The notes beneath the pieces are model-generated. The model worked only from the letters and a program-made list of their open reading frames with translations, did no database searches and was not told the DNA's origin. A DNA stretch of 64,000 nucleotides from a virus, in the IMG/VR virus record IMGVR_UViG_3300018915_000002, one strand, 5' to 3'. Shown piece by piece: positions 1-9,314 of this stretch. A program made the translations under genes and the position numbers. Numbering within the stretch: the first letter of the stretch is position 1; each line of letters begins with the position of its first letter.

Positions 1-2
1 AG

Positions 3-542
3 GATGAAGTTGTTCGGCTAATTGGGCAAACACGGCGCGTGAGAGATCGGGTGTTAGTTGAAACCCTGTATCTTGCCGGACTTCGACTTTCAGAGCTTAC
101 TGGGCTGAAGTGGCGTAACTGTATCCGAATGGATGCGGTTGACAAGCTGGTTATCAAAGGGAAAGGAGGGTATGTTCGTGATGTCCCTATTCCCAGTAAT
201 CTGATGGATGCGATTGTTGAACTGCGATCGCCCCAAGACAAAGATGACGATCTTGTATTCCACAGTCGAGAGGGGAAGTCGCTAAGAGCGTCAGATGTTC
301 GTTACCTACTAAGGCAAGCTGCTAAACGCGCTGGACTGCGCCAAGCAGACCACCTATCTCCACATTGGCTTAGACACGCAAACGCTTCCCATGCCTTGGA
401 GAATGGAGCGCCTATCAATGTTGTGCAAAAAACACTAGGGCATAGATCGCTAGACACAACCAGTAAGTACCTGCACACGAACCTGTCTCAAAGTTCTGCT
501 GCCTACATTAAGTATCAACCACCCGCGATAAGCAAAACATGA
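3..542 (+). CDS. Tyrosine recombinase/integrase (XerC/D-like), C-terminal catalytic part; 5' end lies outside the window
   Basis: Frame is open from base 3. Catalytic motifs: LYLAGLRLSE (Arg I), GKGG (Lys), HWLRHANASH (HxxR), LGH, and TTSKYLH (Tyr). Confidence 0.92.
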   Translation, partial: DEVVRLIGQTRRVRDRVLVETLYLAGLRLSELTGLKWRNCIRMDAVDKLVIKGKGGYVRDVPIPSNLMDAIVELRSPQDKDDDLVFHSREGKSLRASDVRYLLRQAAKRAGLRQADHLSPHWLRHANASHALENGAPINVVQKTLGHRSLDTTSKYLHTNLSQSSAAYIKYQPPAISKT

Positions 543-889
543 ACAATTCCGCCATGGATGACCGTCAAAAGGCTTCTGTACTGACCCAAGAAGCACAAGA
601 GGACTTGATCCAAGAGTTGCTCTCAACTCAGCGGTCATCAAGCACTCGTCGCGCCTACGAGAGGGACTTGAATTACTTTTTTCGCTTCGTTACTGGAAGT
701 GACTCAAGATACGACAACAGAAAAATAACCAAGCTGACTCTGGTGATGCAAGATAACTCAGAGAGAATAGCCTATGTACATAGCCACGGCTATTTTGAAG
801 GTTATCTGTACAACATTTTTCAGTCAAAAAAGGCAGCTTTTACTGATGCTTACGAATACGCAAGATTGATAGCAGCAAACAACTGGTAG
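539..889 (+). pseudogene. Chimeric ORF: integrase N-terminal (SAM-like) fragment fused to unrelated sequence
   Basis: LLSTQRSSSTRRAYERDLNYFFRF resembles the N-terminal core-binding helix of cyanobacterial XerC/D-like integrases. No catalytic domain follows. ATGA overlap with the upstream integrase. Confidence 0.5.
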
Positions 890-931
890 ACAAAAAGACG
901 CGATCACATTCCAGAACAGTCAGCTATAAAT

Positions 932-1288
932 TTGGAGAAAGTCATGATGAGTACTTTTACTTATTCTATTTCAGGAAAAGATTACAGCGTCCAAAATTCA
1001 TTGCTAATTGAGGCAGTTGAAAGGATTACTGAAGGCGAACCCTTTACTAGTCGAGATGACCTACGGGTGATCGCTGCAAAAGAGGCGTTTTTCTTGGGGA
1101 TAAACGCCGTATATTACTCAGATGGTTCTCGCAGTTACTGCCATTACCTGAGTATAGATGGCGTTAGAGTTTGGCAAAATCATTGGGATGAAGGAACTCA
1201 AGGCGACTTCGACCTTGGAGATTTTTATGAAAGGTTATCAGAACACCTAACTCAAATTGGAGCCATCAGCCCAAACCAACCAGGATAA
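932..1288 (+). CDS. Hypothetical protein
   Basis: 118-aa ORF co-oriented with its neighbours; start may be the Met at 944 or 947. Confidence 0.6.
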   Translation: MEKVMMSTFTYSISGKDYSVQNSLLIEAVERITEGEPFTSRDDLRVIAAKEAFFLGINAVYYSDGSRSYCHYLSIDGVRVWQNHWDEGTQGDFDLGDFYERLSEHLTQIGAISPNQPG

Positions 1289-1393
1289 GAGGCGACACTC
1301 AACAAAACTGAGAGAAGCGATCGCACCTGCTCACGGAGTTCCGTGGTAAAGTGTGATCGCTTTTTCATTACAAAAACAATACGGCGAGGAACA

Positions 1394-1681
1394 ATGTATT
1401 TGTTTGTTCAGCTATTGGCAAGCTGGGATGATTACGAGAGGTTTTTAGAAATAAGGGGAGAAGAAAACCGATACCCCAATACTTCGTTTAATGACAATCA
1501 AATGGCATTATCGGGACTACTTGATGACTGGAGCAAACAAGTGAAAGATCATATCTACCTTCTTCTAAATGAAGGGAATTTGATTTCAGCAACAAGAATT
1601 GAAGATGATAATGAAGAATCTGAAGCTCCTGTCACCCTAGAAGAGTTGAAAACTATTTTAGAGACTGCCTCAGAAAACTAG
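1394..1681 (+). CDS. Hypothetical acidic protein
   Basis: ORF track 1343..1681; start moved to the ATG after the GAGGA SD-like sequence. Confidence 0.6.
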   Translation: MYLFVQLLASWDDYERFLEIRGEENRYPNTSFNDNQMALSGLLDDWSKQVKDHIYLLLNEGNLISATRIEDDNEESEAPVTLEELKTILETASEN

Positions 1682-1750
1682 AGCGAATAGAGATCGCATT
1701 CCAACATGGCTATTTTGTTACAATAGAATTGAAGTGACACCGTATAGCTT

Positions 1751-2002
1751 ATGTACAAACATCTTATTGCTTATCGACACGCAAACAACCAAGTCGAAGG
1801 CTTTGTTGGAATTGGATTCCTGAAAAGAAGCGCTGAACGAAACGCGATTGCGCGAGTAATTCAAAAAGTTCAATCCATTGACAATACCTACCAAGAGAGT
1901 CGTTTAATCACCTCAGAGTCTCAGGCTTCACCTGAAGAAATGGAGATTATTCGAGCAGACTGGCAAATCGACGAGAGACCAACATTTCGTCGTGACTATT
2001 AA
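1751..2002 (+). CDS. Hypothetical protein
   Basis: 83-aa ORF with a TGTTACAAT extended -10 about 30 nt upstream. Confidence 0.6.
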   Translation: MYKHLIAYRHANNQVEGFVGIGFLKRSAERNAIARVIQKVQSIDNTYQESRLITSESQASPEEMEIIRADWQIDERPTFRRDY

Positions 2003-2043
2003 GCGATCGCTCATGCCATTCAGTAACCACATCAAGCAAAACC

Positions 2044-2313
2044 ATGCAAACAATGAGTTTCAACGACCTGGAGCAAGGTACAAAAGTCAAGTTGACGGCA
2101 GATGCCACCAAGCATTACCAAGCTCTATCTAACTGGTACGAAATAACAGCTTACTACGACAAGTTTGGAACACTAGATCCACAAAGGCATTCTCATCCCT
2201 TCTTCGATCAAGAATACGAGAGTCGAGATGTCAGGATGTACCAGATCAGAGAAGATGGCGGTAAAAATGCAATCTTCATGATTTACGACTGGGATATTGA
2301 GAGCTTGCTGTAG
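2044..2313 (+). CDS. Hypothetical protein
   Basis: Preceded by the element-wide leader AAGCAAAACC-ATG; palindrome copy downstream. Confidence 0.7.
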   Translation: MQTMSFNDLEQGTKVKLTADATKHYQALSNWYEITAYYDKFGTLDPQRHSHPFFDQEYESRDVRMYQIREDGGKNAIFMIYDWDIESLL

Positions 2314-2468
2314 TTAACGCGATCGCACCCTGCTCACGGAACTCCGTGGGCAGGGTTAGTCATATATCCAAGGAGTAAGCAATTTCAGTTGTTACAGAAT
2401 TCCTGAGCATCATTTATCGTGAAACAAACAAAGGGAAGTCACACTCGTGGCGGAACCTTAACCACGCC

Positions 2469-3053
2469 ATGAGTGAGGGCTTAAATCTAGCGATAACTGC
2501 TCAGTTCCGATTTGAAGCAGATGACTTCAAGTACATGGCTGAACATTTTAAATTTGGGTACTGGGCGCGTCTGGACAACTCCGGCACTAGTAGAGGAGAA
2601 CACTTCTACAGTCTTGCCGTAGAAGTAGCGAATACGTCAGCCGCGATCGCCTTTGAGAAGTTCAAAGAGAGATCGCCTTTCATTTATTTTGGTAGACGAC
2701 TCGCTATCGGCTCAGAGTTTGTCTTTCCTTCTACCGAACAAGGTCAAATCTGGAAGGTTAATAGTTTTGCCCAAGATGGCAAAACTATTAATTGCGGTCA
2801 CTATGTATTGAAAGAAGGAGCAGAATATGGAGAAAAGATCTTGGTGGCGAGAAAATCGCTTACCAAGAAGGATCTAAAGGCTGAAAAAAGAGCCATTGAG
2901 CAGGCTGAGGCTGAACTCAGGAGACGATTAGAGGAAGAGGCACAAATAGCTCATGCCCTTAAAACAGGGCAACCACGATCATTTGATATGGTATTAGGCG
3001 GTGATTTGCCGCAGCCACAACCATTTGATGTAGTACTAGGTAATTCTCAGTAA
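2469..3053 (+). CDS. Hypothetical protein (phage/plasmid-type)
   Basis: 194-aa ORF with protein-like composition and a C-terminal coiled region. Confidence 0.7.
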   Translation: MSEGLNLAITAQFRFEADDFKYMAEHFKFGYWARLDNSGTSRGEHFYSLAVEVANTSAAIAFEKFKERSPFIYFGRRLAIGSEFVFPSTEQGQIWKVNSFAQDGKTINCGHYVLKEGAEYGEKILVARKSLTKKDLKAEKRAIEQAEAELRRRLEEEAQIAHALKTGQPRSFDMVLGGDLPQPQPFDVVLGNSQ

Positions 3054-3346
3054 TTACCGCACCAGCGATTGCCTACCATTGAGTAGTGCGATCGCTTTTT
3101 ACTATCTAAAACTATTTGACATGACGACAACAAGGCAGCTTTGGTATATGAGTTATTCTCGCGCAAGAAGTCTAAGGCGACAGGGTTTCAAGATCATCCC
3201 TCTTTCAGAAATCCCCTCGTATAAGTACTTTGATGAACTGGCTGCTTCCGTTTTGGAGATGTCTACTGAGTCATTCTCGACATTACCCCTCAAAGCGGCT
3301 GCCATTAGATAGTGCGATCTCTTCTTCTTATCCACATAGCAAAACC

Positions 3347-3961
3347 ATGACAGAAATACTCATACTTTTTGAACTAGAATGCCTCTTTCCTTTGTTCCAA
3401 AAAGATACTTTCCTCGGTGTGTTAGATACATCGGGGAAGCTCGGCATTTACTGGTCAGAGCAAGACTGGGACAAGCCTGTAGAGGAGAAATATCGGGTTC
3501 CTTGGAAGGAAATTTATTTGTTCATAATACCCGATTCGATATTCACTGTTCATGACGGAGACCCACTGAGGTTTCACTTTAAACCCAGTGTCGCGACAAG
3601 GCACTATGACAACAACTTGGTAGAAAAACTCAACATACTGGAAGGGTATTATCCAGGTCGCGTCAGAAGGAAAGGTCCTTGGGGAGAAGCTTTCATACTA
3701 GGGGACGAGAAGCCAAGAAGTCAGATTACTGAACTCGAATCCCTGCTTAAGGAGTTACGGGACAAGACCAGGGGCGATATCTTTGAGTTGCGCTACTCGC
3801 CATTCGGACGCAATCCTGGCGACTGGTACTGGATATTGATGCAGATTAAATATCCCAATCGCCCAGAAGCGGTTCATGGAAGCATTGCGAACAATCCGAT
3901 TGATTGCGTGAAGCAAGCGATCAAGCGGTGGGATGAACGAAGCGATGAGAATCCTTGGTAA
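3347..3961 (+). CDS. Hypothetical protein
   Basis: ORF track 3230..3961; start moved to the ATG after the AGCAAAACC leader. Confidence 0.65.
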   Translation: MTEILILFELECLFPLFQKDTFLGVLDTSGKLGIYWSEQDWDKPVEEKYRVPWKEIYLFIIPDSIFTVHDGDPLRFHFKPSVATRHYDNNLVEKLNILEGYYPGRVRRKGPWGEAFILGDEKPRSQITELESLLKELRDKTRGDIFELRYSPFGRNPGDWYWILMQIKYPNRPEAVHGSIANNPIDCVKQAIKRWDERSDENPW

Positions 3962-3985
3962 CAACTAACAACTAACAACTAACAA
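3959..3985 (+). repeat. Heptamer tandem repeat (TAACAAC)x3+, STRR-like
   Basis: taacaactaacaactaacaactaacaa lies between a stop codon and the next ATG. Heptamer tandem repeats are typical of filamentous cyanobacteria. Confidence 0.75.
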
Positions 3986-4383
3986 TGAACAAACAACGAA
4001 CGGCAGAATTCGATAGCTGGAATCAGTCCCGCATTGGCATACCAGAGCGATCGCATGAACAGCAAATATTAGAAATCTGGTGCTGTTATTACAGCATTCT
4101 TGAGGAATTTGATCGGAAAGTCTGCACAGGTGGAGTAGGGAAAGACGGCAATCCTCTCCCAGTAAACGGAGAAGAGGAATCCCTCATCAACTTTCATGCG
4201 GTCACACTGAGAGGCGCGATTAATGGCTTGGTGAAGCGGCTACAAATTGTAGACACTTTCTTTGAACGTTCCCGCTCACGCATTGACAGAATGAGCAAGC
4301 CAGCCATAAAGGCGATCGCTCAACAAAGTGAACACTATGATCGTCTACATGAAATCAGCACTCGATTGGAGGGGAAGAGATGA
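3985..4383 (+). CDS. Hypothetical protein
   Basis: 132-aa ORF with ATGA coupling to the next gene. Confidence 0.65.
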   Translation: MNKQRTAEFDSWNQSRIGIPERSHEQQILEIWCCYYSILEEFDRKVCTGGVGKDGNPLPVNGEEESLINFHAVTLRGAINGLVKRLQIVDTFFERSRSRIDRMSKPAIKAIAQQSEHYDRLHEISTRLEGKR

Positions 4384-4778
4384 CAAGCCAAGGTATAGGT
4401 ATTCAAACGGGACGGATATATGACACCGCAATTGTCGCTTTCTTTGCCCTAATGGAGAGCCGTAGCGATATTGCAACCCCTGAAAACTGGAAAGGCGTAC
4501 TAAGTGAAATAGAGATTTTCATGAATCGCCAAAGTGAATACGAAAACCTGTATGCAAGCCAAGGGGAAAATAAAGTCGAAAGGCTTTCAGATGCAATTGT
4601 TTCGTACTTTACAAAGGATAAAACCTCACCGCTGTTTGAGATTTTTTTAAATCAGTACATAACTCAACCTGCGGAGTCACTAAAGCAACAAATTCTAAGC
4701 CTTCTTTATTCAGAAGAAGGAGTTGAGGCGGTTATTGCCGAAATCGAAAACCATGCTCAGTTGGAGGGGAAGAAATGA
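4380..4778 (+). CDS. Hypothetical protein
   Basis: 132-aa ORF with a GGAGG SD in the upstream gene end. Confidence 0.65.
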   Translation: MTSQGIGIQTGRIYDTAIVAFFALMESRSDIATPENWKGVLSEIEIFMNRQSEYENLYASQGENKVERLSDAIVSYFTKDKTSPLFEIFLNQYITQPAESLKQQILSLLYSEEGVEAVIAEIENHAQLEGKK

Positions 4779-4904
4779 CGAAAGAAGGTGAGAGGAAAAT
4801 CGTGACAGGGGTGTTAAACTGAAAGCGTGAATTGCACCCACACCACGGAACTCCGTGCCACAAAAAGCCCTCCAGGCGCTGAACTTGGGGGCATTTTGCT
4901 TTTT

Positions 4905-5087
4905 ATGAATCAGAAAGCTCTTGGAATTCTTGCTGTTGTAATCACTTGGCTTATCGTTGTCTACTTCATCGTTTCGATGGTAATCTTCTGGACGGCTATC
5001 CAACGAGACTGGGGGCAACTATCCGTGCAGGTGGCAGTACGGGATTTTGTGCGATCGCTACTTTGGATTAAGGACTTATTTAGATGA
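4905..5087 (+). CDS. Small membrane protein
   Basis: 60 aa with one long hydrophobic helix (LGILAVVITWLIVVYFIVSMVIFW); ATGA-coupled to the nuclease gene. Confidence 0.55.
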   Translation: MNQKALGILAVVITWLIVVYFIVSMVIFWTAIQRDWGQLSVQVAVRDFVRSLLWIKDLFR

Positions 5088-5614
5088 GACACATACTTCT
5101 TGCATTGGCTATTTGTTTAATACCTAGTCCAGTTGGGGCGGTTGCTCCGGCAACGGCGAAGGTCGCGAAGTTGCCGGATGGCGACACTGCTACAGTCGAT
5201 GTTGGATTAATGGCTGATGTTAGAATCGCTTGTATTGATGCTCCAGAGGTGCCTTACACCAAAAAGGAGGCAAATACAACGGATGCGGTTGCCCAAGCCC
5301 AATATAAATGGGGGAGGATGGCGCAGGCAAGGGTGAGTAATCTTCTGGCTAATACGGGATCTACGATTACCGTACAGCCGATAAGTGTGGACAGGTATGG
5401 GCGCAATATCGCTACTGTTCAATTCCAGGATGGTTCGGACTGGGGGATGACACTAGTAGGGGAAGGATTGGCGTTCGTATACGAGCAGTACGCCAATGCT
5501 GGCTGCGACAAGGCTGCTCTACTGGCTGCTCAGGCTAGGGCAAGGGAGCAAAAGCTGGGGATTTGGAGTGAGCCTGAACCTGTGATGCCTCCTTGGGAGT
5601 TTCGCAAGCGCTAG
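5084..5614 (+). CDS. Thermonuclease (SNase-like), probably secreted
   Basis: Signal-peptide-like N-terminus; motifs DGDT, VRIACIDAPE, DRYGR, LVGEGLA and AREQKLGIWS...PWEFRK. Confidence 0.92.
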   Translation: MRHILLALAICLIPSPVGAVAPATAKVAKLPDGDTATVDVGLMADVRIACIDAPEVPYTKKEANTTDAVAQAQYKWGRMAQARVSNLLANTGSTITVQPISVDRYGRNIATVQFQDGSDWGMTLVGEGLAFVYEQYANAGCDKAALLAAQARAREQKLGIWSEPEPVMPPWEFRKR

Positions 5615-5748
5615 CGGTCTTGGTCAATCCGCTTCTGAACCAAGTCCCGGAGAACATCTTCGAGAGTCATCTCGTTATCTTTGGTTAGTTGCATGAGGAA
5701 CTTGAATTGCTCCTCAGTGAGACGGCTACAGACCTCGTAGTCCTCCAT
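5611..5748 (-). CDS. Small protein, possibly ribbon-helix-helix/CopG-like
   Basis: 45 aa read by hand (below the ORF-track cutoff): MEDYEVCSRLTEEQFKFLMQLTKDNEMTLEDVLRDLVQKRIDQDR. Confidence 0.4.
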   Translation of the reverse strand: MEDYEVCSRLTEEQFKFLMQLTKDNEMTLEDVLRDLVQKRIDQDR

Positions 5749-5792
5749 CCCATAAAGTCCCTGAGACTCTCCCGTTTAAAAACGGAAGGTTC

Positions 5793-7328
5793 TTAATCTT
5801 GACGGCCCGACCCTACGGGCGGGATGTCATGCCCTCTTCCAGGCTCTCGCATTGCTGCTACAGCATCCTGGATCTTAGGCACTTCGATTAAGGCTTGTGC
5901 AGCGACCCGCTCTACCTCTGGGCAACGTCCAAAGGAGGAAGGACGAATCCTTCCAGTTGCAGGTTTCATTTCCGTTGCGGTTCTCCAAGCCGCTTGCAAG
6001 CGCAGCTCTGCACTCTGCCAGTCATAAAGTAACTGACTCACTTGGAGAACGAACGTGTCGGGTTCTATATGTTTTGCAAGAAATGCCGAATATAAGTCTC
6101 TTTGAGCCACTATTCCACACTCACATCGGTGGATACGCTCAGAGAGCTTTTTCTTTTTGACCCGACCACACTGGCAAGTCTGCGATAGCTTTGTGCTGTA
6201 CGTCGGAATTTCTACTACTTGCAAGCCAGCTCTTTCAGCCTTGCTTTTTAGGTGAGAGACGAACATTCCTGGCGCACGCTTACCAACAGATCTGCCGAAT
6301 AACTTTTGGAATGCTTTGTAACTAAGTTTCTCTAATTTGATGACATTTCCGTTTCTAAGGATGTCATTGACTATCCCCCCATGCAAGCTCTTGCGATGAG
6401 CAGCCAACTTCCGCTCTAGATTAGCCTTGCAGTTCCTGATTTCGGTATAGCTTCTAGAGTTATCCCATGTCTTCTTCCCTCTCTTGACCGTACCATTGGC
6501 ATTGTAATTATTGAGATTGTTGGCTCTACGAGATCTATCCATCCGACGCTGGAGCCTGCGGATTTGCTTATCCTGGAACTCCAGTTCAGAAGCAAACTCT
6601 TTGAGTTGAGTAATCGAGTCTCCAACAATAGCTATAGTACTTGGTCCTAGATCTAGACCAATATCACCATTTCCAGCTCGGTTCTTTGGCTTAACAAAAG
6701 GCTTTCCTTCACAAGTTAGCTGGACATAGAACCTGTTGCGCCCTGACACTTTCCGCCTAACCAAGCGCACGAACTTAACCTTGGAGTTGAGTCCATGCAG
6801 AATGACTGGATCATGGGAAGTGATCAAGGCTTTTAGCTTAAGCCCACTCCACTCAACACCTTCTCCTTTCCAGCGGATACCACACTTATTGTCTTTCCCC
6901 TCCGCCGAGTCCATTTGATTCTTCCCCTTGAAGCGAACCTTCTTGGCTTTCCCGAATAGAACTTTCTCGGCTGCGTGATAAGCGCGAGTAGCTAGCTTCT
7001 GTGTGGTATTAGAGTCAATATGACTACCCAACCAAGATTGTCTTAAAGGGGTGCTATAGGAATGAATGGCGTATTCAGAAAAATCGTACCGTTCTCTTGC
7101 TCGTTTGAACAGAACTTTTCGTTCTGGATTGCTGGGCTTAAGGGAACGAGCTTTATTGAAGTCCTTGGATTGGCGAATGAGTCTAATCCGACGCATCGCT
7201 TCCCCAAGGCAGGCGTTGTATATCTGCCGTGCTGCTTCTAGTCGAGATAGCAAAACACCCTCATCGCGAGGAGATACCTTAAGAGGTAGCTCACAAACGA
7301 ATGAGGGTGTAGAGGACTTTTTAGCCAC
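5793..7328 (-). CDS. tnpB: RNA-guided endonuclease TnpB
   Basis: RuvC I (IGLDLG), RuvC II (IKLEKL), zinc finger (CQCG...CECG) and RuvC III (QRDLYSA). Confidence 0.93.
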   Translation of the reverse strand: MAKKSSTPSFVCELPLKVSPRDEGVLLSRLEAARQIYNACLGEAMRRIRLIRQSKDFNKARSLKPSNPERKVLFKRARERYDFSEYAIHSYSTPLRQSWLGSHIDSNTTQKLATRAYHAAEKVLFGKAKKVRFKGKNQMDSAEGKDNKCGIRWKGEGVEWSGLKLKALITSHDPVILHGLNSKVKFVRLVRRKVSGRNRFYVQLTCEGKPFVKPKNRAGNGDIGLDLGPSTIAIVGDSITQLKEFASELEFQDKQIRRLQRRMDRSRRANNLNNYNANGTVKRGKKTWDNSRSYTEIRNCKANLERKLAAHRKSLHGGIVNDILRNGNVIKLEKLSYKAFQKLFGRSVGKRAPGMFVSHLKSKAERAGLQVVEIPTYSTKLSQTCQCGRVKKKKLSERIHRCECGIVAQRDLYSAFLAKHIEPDTFVLQVSQLLYDWQSAELRLQAAWRTATEMKPATGRIRPSSFGRCPEVERVAAQALIEVPKIQDAVAAMREPGRGHDIPPVGSGRQD

Positions 7329-7451
7329 GACAATGGTGATTTGTAGACTGATCTTAGTATATCATGTATCCACGGTATACAGTATTAATGCGACTAAAGT
7401 CACTCCGTCGCCTTCCTCCCCCGACTAGAAGTCGGAGGCTCCCGGCTCTTG
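5799..7451 (-). mobile_element. IS200/IS605-family tnpB-only element
   Basis: Left-end hairpin (cctccgacttctagtcggggg, ~7415-7440). Right-end hairpin (cccgcccgtagggtcggg) followed by TCAA at 5799-5802. No tnpA. Left boundary is approximate. Confidence 0.8.
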
Positions 7452-7680
7452 GGTTGCACTTGTGGAGGACAACAAACAATTCCTTCGCCGTGGATTCGGT
7501 CATGGTCAGCGTTAAAATTGGATGCGCTTCTATGAAATCAAGATTCACGCTGATATGGCAGCTACGCATAAGCCCCAAACGAACTGTCCCCGTCTTGGGG
7601 TCAGCGATCGCATTCATCATCGCCTCTTCCGGCTGCTGATCTTCACTCATTTGTTCATGTTTTGCTTTGGATATTATCAC
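7354..7680 (-). CDS. Hypothetical protein whose 3' end runs into the IS left end
   Basis: Protein-like until ...LHKCN, then reads IS left-end sequence; probably interrupted by the insertion. Confidence 0.4.
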   Translation of the reverse strand: MIISKAKHEQMSEDQQPEEAMMNAIADPKTGTVRLGLMRSCHISVNLDFIEAHPILTLTMTESTAKELFVVLHKCNPRAGSLRLLVGGGRRRSDFSRINTVYRGYMIY

Positions 7681-7748
7681 TCTAGCACCACGGAGATCCG
7701 TGACAGCAAAAAGCCGCTCAACCTTTAAATTGGTTGGGCGGCTTTGTT

Positions 7749-8345
7749 CTAGACATTCCAGATGTCAGGGCGTTTGTCCTTCATGCTGTAGAAGGAGTCA
7801 GGGGTAACAACCATAGAATCTACAATCTCTAGATTCATTAGGTTTCCGGCTTTGATTAAGTGCTTGGTGAGATTAATATCTTTCTCGCTCGGCTCAACCC
7901 AGTTACTTGGATGGTTGTGCGCGACGACTAGCCTGGTGGCATTGAGTGCGATCGCACCCCTCACCAGTTCCGCTACGTCAACCAATGTCTGAGTGGCAGT
8001 TCCCACGCACAGAACCTTGACCTTGAGTACGTGGTTCATGTGGTTGAGGTAGATGACCCAGAACACCTCCTGTCGGGGATATTCTGTTAAATCCAATAGA
8101 GCGTAGGCTTTGGCTGGTTTATCTACTATTTGTAGGTTGAGTGGGTACGTTGCGATTCGTCGTCCCAGCCGGATGGCTGTATAGAGCTTCTCTGCCGTGC
8201 GATTATCTACAAACTGAGCAAGTTGCTCTTGGGAATAGATTCTCAGCAGGTAAAAGGGATCTCCAATCTCTTGGAGTCCTTTTAGCAGCTTCTTGGTTGC
8301 TCTGGTGCCGATGATCGTTGTGATTAAGTTTTCGATGTCGTTCAT
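7749..8345 (-). CDS. radC: RadC-like JAB/MPN domain protein
   Basis: QEVFWVIYLN..N, GTATQTLVD, and the AHNHPS...PSEKD...VDSMVV JAB motif; AAGCAAAACC leader. Confidence 0.92.
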   Translation of the reverse strand: MNDIENLITTIIGTRATKKLLKGLQEIGDPFYLLRIYSQEQLAQFVDNRTAEKLYTAIRLGRRIATYPLNLQIVDKPAKAYALLDLTEYPRQEVFWVIYLNHMNHVLKVKVLCVGTATQTLVDVAELVRGAIALNATRLVVAHNHPSNWVEPSEKDINLTKHLIKAGNLMNLEIVDSMVVTPDSFYSMKDKRPDIWNV

Positions 8346-8421
8346 GGTTTTGCTTTATTAGAAAATCCCCAACGACATGCGATCGCTGGGGATAAGGACA
8401 AGTTAAGTTGTGAATCGTGGC

Positions 8422-8964
8422 TTAGAAATTCCTGAGGTTCTCAGTCATTTCCTTGTACTTTTTAGGGCGTGGTTGCCACTCTTCTGCTGCCAATAGGAGG
8501 CAGATTTTCAAGAATCCACCATCTAACTCCGACTCGTCAAGCGCCCCGGATTTGGAGAGATGCTTGACTTTGTAGAGGTAGGCTTCGCGGAATTGCGCGA
8601 ACATTTTTTCTGCCTCTTCCTGTAGTTTGGATGGTGCTGGATTAAGACTTCCAATCGTATATACGATTGCTCGTCCAATGCTGTTGCCGCTAACGTCCAT
8701 CAACGCACAGTTGGTCATATTCGTGATTTTTGATGCCAGTTCTCCGAAGATTCTGCTCATTTCTTCGATTGGATCGCTCATAAACGCATCGTCTTCAATG
8801 TTAGTGAGATTAATGGACAACACCAATTGAGAAGCGTCTTCCAAGTTTTTACTAGTGGAGTAAATTCTTCCTTGGGTTCTGTACTCAGAAGCTACTTCAA
8901 GAAGTAATTGAGTAAGTCCATCCTCTGAATCCGCTGTTAATTGAATCTTGATTTGTTCACTCAT
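8422..8964 (-). CDS. Hypothetical protein
   Basis: 180 aa; GAGCAAAACC-ATG leader. Confidence 0.7.
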   Translation of the reverse strand: MSEQIKIQLTADSEDGLTQLLLEVASEYRTQGRIYSTSKNLEDASQLVLSINLTNIEDDAFMSDPIEEMSRIFGELASKITNMTNCALMDVSGNSIGRAIVYTIGSLNPAPSKLQEEAEKMFAQFREAYLYKVKHLSKSGALDESELDGGFLKICLLLAAEEWQPRPKKYKEMTENLRNF

Positions 8965-9187
8965 GGTTTTGCTCGTCTTCGTTAAATTCGTTAATGAGTT
9001 TGTGAACCTTAGGTAGTTTTTGCAATGCCTTGATTAATTCAAGGCGATCGCATGTAAATGTTGATTCACATCTTCTTCCGTCTTCTTCGCAGTCTGAGTA
9101 AAGGGAAAGACTGACTTTGCCCTCGTCGTACTGGGTTAGTTCCAGGTCTCTTCCTACACTGACCTTTATTATGATTTTGGCTTCCAT
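8957..9187 (-). CDS. Hypothetical protein
   Basis: 76 aa; extended -10 at 9216-9224 plus AAGCAAAATC-ATG leader. Confidence 0.7.
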   Translation of the reverse strand: MEAKIIIKVSVGRDLELTQYDEGKVSLSLYSDCEEDGRRCESTFTCDRLELIKALQKLPKVHKLINEFNEDEQNHE

Positions 9188-9215
9188 GATTTTGCTTTTT
9201 TAGCTTGTCTTCCTC

Positions 9216-9224
9216 ATTGTAACA
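9216..9224 (-). promoter_or_regulatory. Extended -10 promoter TGTTACAAT (representative of more than 20 copies of TGTTAYAAT)
   Basis: Other copies at 10506, 12039, 13211, 22408, 26894, 28532, 30859, 33656, 34704 (minus strand) and 43929, 48881, 53725 (plus strand). Most lie 27-45 nt upstream of a start codon. Matches the sigma70 TGn-TAtAAT consensus. Confidence 0.75.
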
Positions 9225-9314
9225 TTTTGTATTACTTTAGACCACGGAACTCCGTGACAGCAAAATCGCCCACCCTCTAAGAGGATGAGCGATCGCATAT
9301 TCTACTTGAAATGA

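Noticed and set aside
4365-4782. Repeated ttggaggggaaga(g/a)atgac at the ends of two consecutive genes
   Set aside because: Most simply a reused GGAGG Shine-Dalgarno plus ATGA coupling; too short to support a duplication claim.
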